The position numbers and the translations under genes are program-made. The notes beneath the pieces were generated by a model. It saw nothing but the letters and a program-made list of their open reading frames with translations, did no database searches and was not told where the DNA came from. Below, in pieces: positions 1-9,168 of a stretch of DNA of 24,038 nucleotides. The DNA comes from Oligoflexia bacterium. Its GTDB lineage: Bacteria; Bdellovibrionota; UBA1018. Location of the stretch: assembly GCA_903854365.1 (NCBI GenBank), contig CAINWE010000377.1, forward strand, positions 1 through 24,038, in the 5' to 3' direction. Positions within the stretch are counted from its first letter, which is position 1, and every line of letters begins with the position of its first letter.

Positions 1-639
1 TCTCATGGTCAGTGTGGGATTTTAAATCCCGAGGGCGATCACGTTGAAAACGCAGCGACGGTACAACAACTGGCGAGCCTCGCATTAGATTATGCGCATG
101 CAGGCGCCGATTGTATTGCCCCGAGTGACATGATGGATGGTCGAATTGGTGCGATTCGAAGTGCCCTTGATTTAGAAAAACTCTATTCTACTTTGATTAT
201 GAGTTATTCTGCTAAGTTCCATTCTCGATTTTATGGGCCGTTTCGAGTGGCAGCTAATTCGGCTCCGAAGGGTGAGACCCGTCTCAAGGATCGGGCCACC
301 TATCAGATCGATCCAGCTTGTCCGCGAGATGCCTATTTGAGTTCGTTGCGAGATGCTCAAGAAGGTGCGGATATTCTCATGGTGAAGCCTGGGATGCCGT
401 ATCTCGATGTTCTGAGCGATTTATCGAAACGGATTGAAAAACCTTGGGCCGTGTATGAAGTGAGTGGAGAGTTCGCAGGGATTGAGTTGATGGCAGAGCG
501 CGGACTCGTGCGAGGGCCTGAAGCTCATCTCGAAGCTTGGACAGCGTTTTTGCGCGCGGGTGCGTCGATGATTATTACGTACGGTGCTCGATTTGCTGCA
601 GACTATTTGAAGAAAACGAATGAAAAATGGCTGAAATAG
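1..639 (+). CDS. hemB: Porphobilinogen synthase (delta-aminolevulinate dehydratase), 5'-truncated by the window edge
   Basis: Frame is open from base 1 (SHGQCG...AGADCIAPSDMMDGR). It contains YSAKFHSRFYGPFR, YQIDP, MVKPG (Schiff-base Lys) and YEVSGEFA. Stop TAG at 637-639. Confidence 0.96.
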   Translation, partial: SHGQCGILNPEGDHVENAATVQQLASLALDYAHAGADCIAPSDMMDGRIGAIRSALDLEKLYSTLIMSYSAKFHSRFYGPFRVAANSAPKGETRLKDRATYQIDPACPRDAYLSSLRDAQEGADILMVKPGMPYLDVLSDLSKRIEKPWAVYEVSGEFAGIELMAERGLVRGPEAHLEAWTAFLRAGASMIITYGARFAADYLKKTNEKWLK

Positions 640-647
640 GAGTGAGA

Positions 648-1946
648 ATGAAAAACCAACTTTCTGAGGGTCTTTTTGAGCGGTCCAAGAAAATCGTACC
701 AGGGGGGGTGCATTCTCCGGTGCGCGCGTTTCGAGGGGTGGGTGGAACCCCGGTTTTTGTTCAGTCGGCCCGCGGGGTTGAACTGCAGGACGTGGATTCT
801 AACCGTTACTTAGATTTTTGTATGTCTTGGGGGCCATTGATGCTGGGGCATCAAGATCCAGAGGTTTTAGAGGCGGTGCAAGGGGCTCTCCATCGTGGCT
901 GGTCTTTTGGGACCGCAGAGCCTTATTCGCTCGAATTAGCGGAGCTGATGACCCAAACCATTCCATGGCTTCAAAAAGTCAGGTTTGTGAACTCAGGAAC
1001 TGAGGCTGTGATGGCAGCACTCCGAGTCGCTCGCGCTGCAACGGGAAGAAGTAAGATTCTGAAATTCGATGGCTGTTATCACGGTCACGTGGACTCGATG
1101 CTGGTGAAGGCTGGATCCGGTTTGGCTGAAATGGCGAGTCCGGACAGTGCAGGAGTTTCTGCACAGGTGGCTTCGGAAACCTTAGTGGTTCCGTTGAATG
1201 ATTTGGCGCAGTTGAAGCAGGTGTTCGAGTTACACGGCTCGGAGATTGCGGCGGTGATTGTGGAGCCTATTCCTGCGAACAATGGCTTGCTTCTTCAAAA
1301 ATCTGAGTTTTTGACCGAGATGGCGGCCTTAGCGAAGAAGGCCGGCAGCCTAGTGATTTTCGATGAGGTCATTACTGGATTTCGTGTTGCTTGGGGAGGA
1401 ATGGCTGAAAAATCAGGGGTGATCCCGGATCTGGTGACTTACGGCAAAGTCATTGGGGGGGGCTTTCCCGTGGGTGCCTACGGCGGACGTGCGGATCTCA
1501 TGAACTGGGTGGCTCCTGCAGGGCCTGTGTATCAAGCGGGGACTTTGAGTGCGAATCCGATTGCAATGACTGCCGGTTTAGCCACTTTGAAAAAAATTCG
1601 CAGAGAGAATTTTTATTCCACTTTAGAGATGAAGGTCGATGCTCTCGCAAATGAGCTCGAAAAAGTGGGTCAAAAGGCGGGTATTGCTCTCAAAGTGCAA
1701 CGAGCCGCCTCGCTTTTTTGGTGTGTTTTCGGAAACATTAAAACGAATGACGGTTTCGTGAGGCATCCTGGACAAACTCCCGAGGAGCATAAGGCAATCT
1801 ATTCTCGGGTGTTTCACGCACTTTTGAATCAGGGGATTTATTTGGCGCCAAGTGCCTTTGAAGTCTCCTTTTTATCTCGGGCTCACCAGGACGAGCACTT
1901 GAATCGTTTGGCGGAAACGCTCGGCAGTGCTCTCGCGAAATTGTGA
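648..1946 (+). CDS. hemL: Glutamate-1-semialdehyde 2,1-aminomutase
   Basis: PGGVHSPVRAF, RFVNSGTEA, FDGCYHGH, FDEVITGFR, TYGKVIGGG (PLP Lys), YQAGTLSANP. ATG 648 is preferred over 627 because AGGAG lies at 638-642. Confidence 0.96.
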   Translation: MKNQLSEGLFERSKKIVPGGVHSPVRAFRGVGGTPVFVQSARGVELQDVDSNRYLDFCMSWGPLMLGHQDPEVLEAVQGALHRGWSFGTAEPYSLELAELMTQTIPWLQKVRFVNSGTEAVMAALRVARAATGRSKILKFDGCYHGHVDSMLVKAGSGLAEMASPDSAGVSAQVASETLVVPLNDLAQLKQVFELHGSEIAAVIVEPIPANNGLLLQKSEFLTEMAALAKKAGSLVIFDEVITGFRVAWGGMAEKSGVIPDLVTYGKVIGGGFPVGAYGGRADLMNWVAPAGPVYQAGTLSANPIAMTAGLATLKKIRRENFYSTLEMKVDALANELEKVGQKAGIALKVQRAASLFWCVFGNIKTNDGFVRHPGQTPEEHKAIYSRVFHALLNQGIYLAPSAFEVSFLSRAHQDEHLNRLAETLGSALAKL

Positions 1947-1959
1947 AGGGATTTGAGTT

Positions 1960-2931
1960 TTGAGTTGGCACTCGGGAGAGCGGGCTACTTCACAGAAGTT
2001 GAGCTCTGACGATCGATTACGCTGGATGGTGGGAGCTCATCTCGTTTGGCTAGCGTTAGTCTGCTTACTCGGCGGATGGTGGTGGAGGCTTCTCTTGAGT
2101 CAAGCGGCTCAAATTGCCGAGTTGGGCTCGGACCTGGATCGCTGGCATCGAACGCAGAGGATGCTTTACTGGGAGTCACCGGCTTTTTTTGGTCTCCTAC
2201 TCGCCTGTTCAGTCCTGATTTTCTGGATGTATTGGGCTGATGTCAAAAGAGCGCGTGGGATTCAGGCGTTTTTTGCATCGGTGACGCATGAGTTGAGGAC
2301 CCCGTTAACGGGGATTCGCCTCCAGGCGGAGTCGATTGCAGAGAGTCTCGGTGAGGCTCATCCAGAGGCGCCTCTCGTGAAGCGACTTTTAGAAGATACG
2401 ATGAGGCTTGAAGCGCAGGTGGAGAGAACCCTGGAGCTTGCTCGCTTGGAAGGGGGAGGGCCTGTTTTTATTCAGTCTCTTCAACTCAAGCCTTGGGTAG
2501 AGCGCTGGATCAAGGCTTGGCGCCAAGACTATCAAGGCCGCGTCGAGCTGGACCTCGAGATTGAGGACGTCTGGATTGAGGCGGATCCCACGGCTTTGCA
2601 GATTATTTTTAAGAATTTATTTGAAAATGCTCTCAGGCATTCAGGTCTTGATGCAGTGAAGATCGAGTTGCGAACGTGTTCACTGAGAGAACAGCGCATT
2701 CAGCTCTGGCTGAGAGATGATGGACAGGGTTTTTCTGGGGACCAAAAGAGCTTGGGGAGGCTATTTCAAAAGGGACCTCGCTCTACGGGCACAGGGGTGG
2801 GGCTTTATTTGGTGAGCACTTTGATGACACGGATGGGCGGAGCGGCCAGCTATCCGTTAGGGAAAGCTTCGAGTTCCAGGTCAGGTTTTTGTGTGGAGCT
2901 GACTTTTCGAGAGGGTCAAAGCCATGAGTGA
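1960..2931 (+). CDS. Membrane sensor histidine kinase (two TM helices, very short extracytoplasmic loop)
   Basis: H-box VTHELRTPL, N-box KNLFENALRH, G1 DDGQG, G2 GTGVGL, and two N-terminal hydrophobic segments. TTG start preceded by GAAGGGA. Confidence 0.92.
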   Translation: MSWHSGERATSQKLSSDDRLRWMVGAHLVWLALVCLLGGWWWRLLLSQAAQIAELGSDLDRWHRTQRMLYWESPAFFGLLLACSVLIFWMYWADVKRARGIQAFFASVTHELRTPLTGIRLQAESIAESLGEAHPEAPLVKRLLEDTMRLEAQVERTLELARLEGGGPVFIQSLQLKPWVERWIKAWRQDYQGRVELDLEIEDVWIEADPTALQIIFKNLFENALRHSGLDAVKIELRTCSLREQRIQLWLRDDGQGFSGDQKSLGRLFQKGPRSTGTGVGLYLVSTLMTRMGGAASYPLGKASSSRSGFCVELTFREGQSHE

Positions 2932-3628
2932 AGGGCGAATGTCTCGGCTTTTGGTTGTCGAGGATGAGAAAAATGTCGGCTCGACTCTGGTCGAGAGGCT
3001 TCAGAAAGAGGGTTTCGAGGTTCATTGGGCAAAGACCATGAGTCAGGCACTTGAGCAAATTCATGCTTTAGTGTTTGAACTCGCTGTTTTGGATGTGGGT
3101 TTGCCAGATGGTTCAGGACTTGACGTGGCGGCGCTTTTGAGAAAAAAGCAGCCCGGGACTGCTGTGATTTTCTTGACTGCTTTTGGGAATGCAGAGGACA
3201 GGATTCGAGGACTTGAGTTGGGGGCTGAGGATTATGTGGTGAAGCCGTTTCATCTGCGCGAGTTGATTCTCCGGATTAGAAATGGTTTAAAGCGCGCTCA
3301 GTTTGTCTCTCTAGCGTCGGTGGGTCCGCAAGAGGTAGTCAAGGTCGGGAAGGCACAGATTTTTTTCCTGCGCTTTGAGGCTGAGGTGGATGGGCAAGTG
3401 GTTCCATTGTCTCACAAGGAGGTTGCGCTGCTTAAGTTGCTGACGCAGAGGAGGGGCCAGGTTGTGAGCCGGGATGAGATTTTGAATCACGCTTGGTCAG
3501 AGGATGAGTTTCCAACTCCTCGGACCGTCGATAATTTTATTATGAGAATTAGGCGATTGGTTGAGCTCAATCCAGAGCTACCTGAAGTCATTAAGAGTGT
3601 TCGAGGAATAGGATATCAACTTTTATGA
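2924..3628 (+). CDS. OmpR/PhoB-family response regulator
   Basis: Receiver domain (LVVEDE, LDVGLP phosphoacceptor Asp, FLTA, YVVKPF) and winged-helix C-terminus (RTVDNFIMRIR, SVRGIGY). Overlaps the kinase by 8 bp and hemE by ATGA. Confidence 0.94.
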   Translation: MSEGRMSRLLVVEDEKNVGSTLVERLQKEGFEVHWAKTMSQALEQIHALVFELAVLDVGLPDGSGLDVAALLRKKQPGTAVIFLTAFGNAEDRIRGLELGAEDYVVKPFHLRELILRIRNGLKRAQFVSLASVGPQEVVKVGKAQIFFLRFEAEVDGQVVPLSHKEVALLKLLTQRRGQVVSRDEILNHAWSEDEFPTPRTVDNFIMRIRRLVELNPELPEVIKSVRGIGYQLL

Positions 3629-4680
3629 ATTTATTTGAATTAGCGTTAAATAGAAAAAATGAAAACAGACCGCCCGTTTGGTTCATGAGGCAAGCGGGTC
3701 GCTACCACGCCCATTATCAAGCGCTTCGTCAGAAATATAGTTTTATCGACCTTTGTAAAATACCCGAGGTCGCCTGTGAAGCCACGATGGGGCCGATTCG
3801 GGATTTTGATTTTGATGCGGCGATTTTGTTTTCAGATTTATTGTTTCCCCTTGAAGTGATGGGAATGGGTCTAAAATACGAAGAGGGCCCGAAGCTAGAT
3901 TGGCATTTGAGGCACGTGAGGGATCTCGACAAGCTTAAGGGTGGCGCTGCTCTGGTCGATGGGCTGATGTTTCAGGCAGAAGCGATGCGATTGATTCGGC
4001 GACAACTCGCACCCGAGAAGGGGCTTTTAGGATTTGTTGGTGGGCCGCTGACCTTGTTTTGTTACGCTGTCGAGGGCTCTCATCAAGGAGCCTTAGATTC
4101 TGCTCGAGCTGGATTGAAGGATGGCAGATTTGAAGGATTTTTTGAGGCCTTAAAAGATCTTTTGGTTGAGAATATGCGGATTCAGGCTGAAGCGGGCGCA
4201 AGTACGATTGCGGTTTTGGATACCTGCGCAGGGGAGTTTGCTTCCGACGATTATGTCGCCTATGTCCAAAAAGCCCTTCGGCCGGTCGTGGAGTCATTTC
4301 GTGCCCAGGTCCCAGGAACCCCTGTTGTTTACTATTCTAAAGGGACGAGCTGGAACCACTGGGATGCGTTGACGGATCTGCCCTTCGCTGGACTCGGCGT
4401 GGATTGGCGGACGGACTTAGCGGAAGTCCTTTCTCGCTACGGGTCTCGTTGGGCGATTCAGGGAAACGTTGACCCCCACTGGCTCTTTTTAGAAAGTGGC
4501 GAACTCGAGGGGCGGCTGAGACGAGTGTTTGAGTCTGTGCTTCGATTACCCGCCGAAAGTCGCAGGGGGTGGATTTGCGGACTGGGTCATGGAGTTTTAC
4601 CAAAAACTCCTGAAGCGAATGTGCGACTCTTTCTGAAGCTTCAAAAGGAAATGTTCTCCAAAGAAGGCGGCTCTCGATGA
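3625..4680 (+). CDS. hemE: Uroporphyrinogen decarboxylase
   Basis: PVWFMRQAGRY, DAAILFSDL, IQGNVDP and LGHG signatures. ATGA coupling on both sides. Confidence 0.96.
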   Translation: MNLFELALNRKNENRPPVWFMRQAGRYHAHYQALRQKYSFIDLCKIPEVACEATMGPIRDFDFDAAILFSDLLFPLEVMGMGLKYEEGPKLDWHLRHVRDLDKLKGGAALVDGLMFQAEAMRLIRRQLAPEKGLLGFVGGPLTLFCYAVEGSHQGALDSARAGLKDGRFEGFFEALKDLLVENMRIQAEAGASTIAVLDTCAGEFASDDYVAYVQKALRPVVESFRAQVPGTPVVYYSKGTSWNHWDALTDLPFAGLGVDWRTDLAEVLSRYGSRWAIQGNVDPHWLFLESGELEGRLRRVFESVLRLPAESRRGWICGLGHGVLPKTPEANVRLFLKLQKEMFSKEGGSR

Positions 4681-6044
4681 CAACCTCAGATTCTCTATTT
4701 CGGAAATATAATGTGCCTGGTCCTCGATACACCAGTTATCCGACTGTGCCCTATTGGACGGACTCACCGACTGAGTCGCAATGGATCGATTGTATTTCTG
4801 AGTCCTTGATTGAGGGACGGAGGCAAGGTGTAGGAGCGGCGCTCTACATTCATATCCCTTTTTGTGAAAGTCTTTGTACGTATTGCGGGTGCAACACTCG
4901 AATTACTCGGAATCGCTCGGTCTCTCGACCCTATGTGGAGAGTTTGTTGAAAGAGTGGGCTCTTTATCGATCGCGCTTAGGCTCTGACATCAAGATCAGT
5001 GAAATTCATTTGGGAGGTGGGACCCCGACCTTCTTGGCCGTGGATGATTTGAAGCTTTTGGTAGAAGGCATTTTGGGGCCGGTCCAGGTGAGTGAGAAAG
5101 CGGAGTTTTCTTTGGAGGCTGACCCGCGGGTCACTTCACGGGAGCAGCTTGCTGTTTTGAGTCAGCTCGGATTTCGGAGATTGAGTCTTGGGATTCAGGA
5201 CTTTGATCCGAAGGTTCAAGAAGTGGTTCATCGCATTCAATCGAAGGAGCAGGTCGGCGAAGTGACGGAGATCGCCCGGGCTCTCGGTTATTCGAGTATT
5301 AACTATGACCTGATTTATGGGCTTCCCTTTCAAACTCAGCGAAGTATTCGAGATACCATTGACGTGGTTCGCGGTTTGATGCCGGATCGAATCGCTTTCT
5401 ATGGTTATGCGCATGTGCCTTGGATTAAGCCAAGTCAAAGGCGATTTACTGAGGCTGACTTGCCATCTGGGGATGAGAAGCGAGCCTTGTACGAACTCGG
5501 ACGATCTCTTCTCGAAGAGGTCGGTTACGCCGAGGTGGGGATGGATCATTTTGCACTGGCTCAGGACTCTCTCTGGCAGGCCTACGAGCAGGGGAGTCTG
5601 CATCGGAATTTTATGGGGTATACCCCCCGATTTGTGACGCCTTTGATTGCTCTTGGGGTTTCTGCGATTGGAGATTCTGGTACGGCATTTGCGCAAAATG
5701 AAAAGCTCGTGGAAACCTATCAGTCTCGAGTGGATCAAGGAGAGATTCCGATCCAGCGAGGCCACTTGCTGACCTCGGAGGATCGTGTTTTGAGGCGTCA
5801 TATTCTGAATTTGATGACTAAGATGGAGACGAGTTGGGAGTCGCGAGAGCTGCAGTCGCGTCACCTCGATCTGGCGCTCGAAAAATTGACCGAGTTGCAA
5901 CGCGATGGATTAGTCGATCTGACGCCGTATTCCTGCAAGGTGACTCAGCAGGGGCGTCCGTTTATGCGAAATGTTTGTATGGCGTTTGATGCTCGATTGG
6001 CCGAGCGGACGCCAGATTCTCAACTTTTTAGTAAAACGATTTGA
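4677..6044 (+). CDS. hemN: Oxygen-independent coproporphyrinogen III oxidase (radical SAM)
   Basis: GPRYTSYPT, HIPFCESLCTYCGC (CxxxCxxC), GGGTP, GMDHFAL, HRNFMGY and GVSAIG. Full-length 455 aa HemN type in a heme operon. Confidence 0.95.
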   Translation: MTTSDSLFRKYNVPGPRYTSYPTVPYWTDSPTESQWIDCISESLIEGRRQGVGAALYIHIPFCESLCTYCGCNTRITRNRSVSRPYVESLLKEWALYRSRLGSDIKISEIHLGGGTPTFLAVDDLKLLVEGILGPVQVSEKAEFSLEADPRVTSREQLAVLSQLGFRRLSLGIQDFDPKVQEVVHRIQSKEQVGEVTEIARALGYSSINYDLIYGLPFQTQRSIRDTIDVVRGLMPDRIAFYGYAHVPWIKPSQRRFTEADLPSGDEKRALYELGRSLLEEVGYAEVGMDHFALAQDSLWQAYEQGSLHRNFMGYTPRFVTPLIALGVSAIGDSGTAFAQNEKLVETYQSRVDQGEIPIQRGHLLTSEDRVLRRHILNLMTKMETSWESRELQSRHLDLALEKLTELQRDGLVDLTPYSCKVTQQGRPFMRNVCMAFDARLAERTPDSQLFSKTI

Positions 6045-6059
6045 GCAGTGGATCCAGCT

Positions 6060-7016
6060 TTAGGGGAGGGTGATGGCATCTCTCGCGAGATCTCTTTGGT
6101 TTTCGGCAAAGATTTGAAACAAAACGCCGGATAAAATGAGTCCGCCACCGATGTAGTGATGAGTACCTAGCTTTTCGCCCAGAAATAAAGCTGCTACTGC
6201 GGTTCCGATGAGGGGCTGTAGAAAAAGCGAAAGTACCACTGAGCCTAGAGAAAGGCTGCTTCTCAAGGCATAAAGCCAATAGAGGTAAGGTACGGCAGTG
6301 CCCATAATTCCGAACCAAAGTACGGTGAGCCACCCCTTTGTGGAAAGTTGATGAAGCGGAGGCAGGCCCTTCCATGGGATGACGACTCCCGCTAAGAGGA
6401 TTACTCCGAAAAGCATGGCTGTTCCGAAGAGGGTCGAACCCGGGTACGTTTTGGTGAGTGGGCGAGCCAGGACGGAGTAGAGGGCCTCGCAGGCAACGCC
6501 GATGAGAAGGATGAAATCCCCGGACTCGACTCGGACAGCGAAAGTTTTTAACGAAAACGAGTCCAGTTCTAAAATTTGAGACAGAAAAAGAAACCCCGTC
6601 AATGCCAGAAGAAAAGAGGCGAAATGGGAACGGGTAAGGTGCTCTCGGTAAAGAATCCAGCCGAACAGGACAGTAAACAGAGGTTCAAAAGTCACGAGGA
6701 TGCAGTTGCTCACTGCAGATGAGGCCTGGAGCCCGAAAACTTGGGTCATCGGGGAAATAAAGCAGGTAGCGAACCCGATCACGCCCACAATAATGAGGTC
6801 TTTTCTGGGACGAGTGGGCATCCAGAGCGGAGCTGCTTTTTTGGAATAGACTCGAAACATTCCAGCAATGAAGACGTAAGACAAGAGAGCGATTAAATAT
6901 TTGAGGAGCGCAGTTTGCTCCGGGCCTACCACAGCAATGATTCGCTTAGCGATCGTCGGGTTAACCGCCCAAACGAGATTGCAAAGAATGAGTCCAATCC
7001 AAGTAGTGAACTTCAT
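6060..7016 (-). CDS. DMT/EamA-family transporter (~10 TM)
   Basis: 318 aa, highly hydrophobic, with two repeats showing EamA-like motifs (FEPLFTVLFGWILYREHL; LQPLIGTAVAALFLGEKL). Confidence 0.88.
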   Translation of the reverse strand: MKFTTWIGLILCNLVWAVNPTIAKRIIAVVGPEQTALLKYLIALLSYVFIAGMFRVYSKKAAPLWMPTRPRKDLIIVGVIGFATCFISPMTQVFGLQASSAVSNCILVTFEPLFTVLFGWILYREHLTRSHFASFLLALTGFLFLSQILELDSFSLKTFAVRVESGDFILLIGVACEALYSVLARPLTKTYPGSTLFGTAMLFGVILLAGVVIPWKGLPPLHQLSTKGWLTVLWFGIMGTAVPYLYWLYALRSSLSLGSVVLSLFLQPLIGTAVAALFLGEKLGTHHYIGGGLILSGVLFQIFAENQRDLARDAITLP

Positions 7017-7090
7017 AATGCTTCTCCTTCTCAGAATGTCTCACCGTAAGTCAAATGAGTTTGGTGATGAGAGTGGGATTATTGCCGAGA

Positions 7091-7137
7091 GTTTTATTTA
7101 TATTGAGAAAATATACAATTAAAATTAGGATTTTTAT
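7091..7137 (+). promoter_or_regulatory. AT-rich divergent intergenic segment with candidate -10 boxes for the DUF2844 operon
   Basis: Much more AT-rich than flanking genes. TACAAT at 7114-7119, TAAAAT at 7120-7125, AGGA at 7127-7130 before ATG 7138. No convincing -35 at correct spacing. Confidence 0.35.
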
Positions 7138-7647
7138 ATGGATTATATTTTAAAAAATACATTTTTTTTTGCACTCACTTTTAGTGGGCTTTCGCTGTTG
7201 GTGCAGGTCAATGCTGCTCACGCCTACTTAGGCGGAGGAGTCGATTCAATTGAAGTTGATCGAAAGACTTTGCGAGCTGAAAAATCTCCTACGCAAGTCC
7301 GGGCGAGGTCTCAAGCGGATGCACTCCCTTATACGGTGACAGAGATGGTTGCCGCCGGAGTTCAGGTCCGAGAGTATCTCTCTAAAACGGGCGTGGTTTT
7401 TGGGATTGCGTGGAGCGGAAGTCACCATGCGAATGTGTCAGCCCTTTTAGGCGAGTATCGTTCTGAATATGAAAAAGCTTTTGCTTCGAACGTGGCTCAG
7501 TTTGGCCTACATCGTGGCTTTAGAGGTCGAACGGTCCGCTCAGAGAATATCCAAATCGATCTTGGCGGGCATTTTAGAAACATGAGTGGAAGAGCCTATT
7601 CTCCTGCACTTTTACCGGCTGGGGTGAACGTCAATGATATTAAATAA
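7138..7647 (+). CDS. DUF2844-family secreted protein
   Basis: Signal peptide ending AAHA|YLGG. VREY...VFGIAWSG, LLGEY, GGHF...SGRAY.PALLPAGV..NDIK match the DUF2844 pattern as I recall it. Lies directly upstream of DUF3443, its usual partner. Confidence 0.82.
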   Translation: MDYILKNTFFFALTFSGLSLLVQVNAAHAYLGGGVDSIEVDRKTLRAEKSPTQVRARSQADALPYTVTEMVAAGVQVREYLSKTGVVFGIAWSGSHHANVSALLGEYRSEYEKAFASNVAQFGLHRGFRGRTVRSENIQIDLGGHFRNMSGRAYSPALLPAGVNVNDIK

Positions 7648-9166
7648 GGTGTCTTCGGGTAGGGTCTCTGTTTTCCGTGCCTGGATTGTCCTCTGTTTGG
7701 GTCTGGTGCTGGTTGACTGCGGCGCAGCAAAAAGCATGCTGTCTGGTGCTAGCTTAAATACGGGGGGCGGGTCTAACCAAACTGTGAATCAGTGTTCGCA
7801 AACGACGAGCGATCAAAATTTAAATGTGAACCCAACGTCAGGCGGAGCCAGTCTCAATGCAGTAACCGGTAATAACGTCATGTCTTTGACGATCGACGGT
7901 GATCAGTGCCTTTCAGTGCCTGCTACGGATCCTAGTGCTCATACTCCGCCGAACGCTCCCTGTGTGAGTGTTACGGTATGTCCTCCTGGTTCAGCTTCGT
8001 CTTCAGCGCCAAACTGTCAAGTGATTCACGGCCTGCTCTTAGATACAGGGAGCGTAGGGTTACGAGTTTTTAGATCGGCGATGAATTGCGGCCTGGTGGC
8101 TGCTTTGACTCCAGTTGGCGTGAGTTCGGGTAAGATTGCGGCTGAGTGCGTCACTTTTGCGGACGGCAGCGCTGAGTGGGGTCCCATCGCGCAAGCTACA
8201 GTATTTATGGGCGGTGAAGGGGGTGCAAGTACTCCTATTCAAATTATCGATGATACCTTTGGCGGAGCGTGGAATGGTGCGACCTCGGGTTCAAGCGTGA
8301 GTGGCCCAGCCGTTTGTCAGTCGTTGGCGGGTGCCGGTTCGAGCAGCACGGAAACCCTGGATCAGGGACCTGCTCAATTGGGGTATAACGGGGTTCTTGG
8401 GGTGGGTCTCTATGCGCAGGACTGCGGTACTCAGTGCACCAACCCGACTCCTTACCCTCAATACTATTCGTGTACTGGGAATTTGACCTCGGCAACTACC
8501 TGTAGCCTGCAGCCGATTTCGCTGAGTAAAGTCAGTCAGGTTCAGAACCCGGTCGCTCAATTGCCACAAGACAATAATGGCGTCGTAGTCATGCTTCCGA
8601 GTGTCGGACAGACAGGCGCTACTTTCGCAGGTGGGTATTTAGTTTTCGGAGTAGGAACGCAGGCGAACAATACTCCTGCTGGGAGTGTGAAAACATTTCT
8701 TCAAGATCCTTCAACGGGTGAGATTACGGCTTCTTTGAATGGGGCGACTAACCCGGCTTTTCTCGATACGGGATCGACCTACTATAATTTTGCTGCTGGT
8801 AGCTCCACTTCGGGGCTCGTGGACTGTGGGACTCTGAGTAGCATATTTTCAGGCCTGGGATTTTATTGCCCGACAGGAAGCACGGGATCGACTACTAATG
8901 TAGTGTCTTTGTCGTCCACAATTTCAGGTTATACAGGGTCCTCCGCCTCGGCTGCGGTGACGATCTCGGTTGGAAACCCTCTCGATCTCTTTAGCGCGGC
9001 TAATAATAATTGGGTGTTCTCTGATATTGGGGTTGGGTCGAGTCTTTCAGGTTTCTCCAGCAGCACAGTGGACCTAGGCTTACCGTTTTATTTCGGGCGC
9101 TCGGTGTATCATGGATTTGAGAGTCGGTCTTCATCCCTCGGTTCCGGACCCTATTGGGCGTTTTGA
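7634..9166 (+). CDS. DUF3443-family exported protein, predicted pepsin-like aspartic protease (paralogue 1)
   Basis: Has the family motifs NPV and DNNG. Two catalytic-type motifs LLDTGS (Asp codon 8042) and FLDTGS (Asp codon 8765), plus NGVLGVG and VDLGLPF. N-terminal hydrophobic signal with Cys (LVDC). Confidence 0.85.
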   Translation: MILNKVSSGRVSVFRAWIVLCLGLVLVDCGAAKSMLSGASLNTGGGSNQTVNQCSQTTSDQNLNVNPTSGGASLNAVTGNNVMSLTIDGDQCLSVPATDPSAHTPPNAPCVSVTVCPPGSASSSAPNCQVIHGLLLDTGSVGLRVFRSAMNCGLVAALTPVGVSSGKIAAECVTFADGSAEWGPIAQATVFMGGEGGASTPIQIIDDTFGGAWNGATSGSSVSGPAVCQSLAGAGSSSTETLDQGPAQLGYNGVLGVGLYAQDCGTQCTNPTPYPQYYSCTGNLTSATTCSLQPISLSKVSQVQNPVAQLPQDNNGVVVMLPSVGQTGATFAGGYLVFGVGTQANNTPAGSVKTFLQDPSTGEITASLNGATNPAFLDTGSTYYNFAAGSSTSGLVDCGTLSSIFSGLGFYCPTGSTGSTTNVVSLSSTISGYTGSSASAAVTISVGNPLDLFSAANNNWVFSDIGVGSSLSGFSSSTVDLGLPFYFGRSVYHGFESRSSSLGSGPYWAF

Positions 9167-9168
9167 AG

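Noticed and set aside
445-490. HemB YEVSGEFAG in place of the usual YQVSGEYAM
   Set aside because: Conservative drift. The catalytic Lys motifs are intact.
5136-5900. 254-aa antisense ORF inside hemN
   Set aside because: Fully nested opposite a well-conserved gene, with no recognisable motif or RBS. Typical shadow ORF.
6049-6056. TGGATCCA palindrome between hemN and the EamA gene
   Set aside because: An 8-bp perfect palindrome with no loop or U-tract. Too short to support a terminator or operator call.
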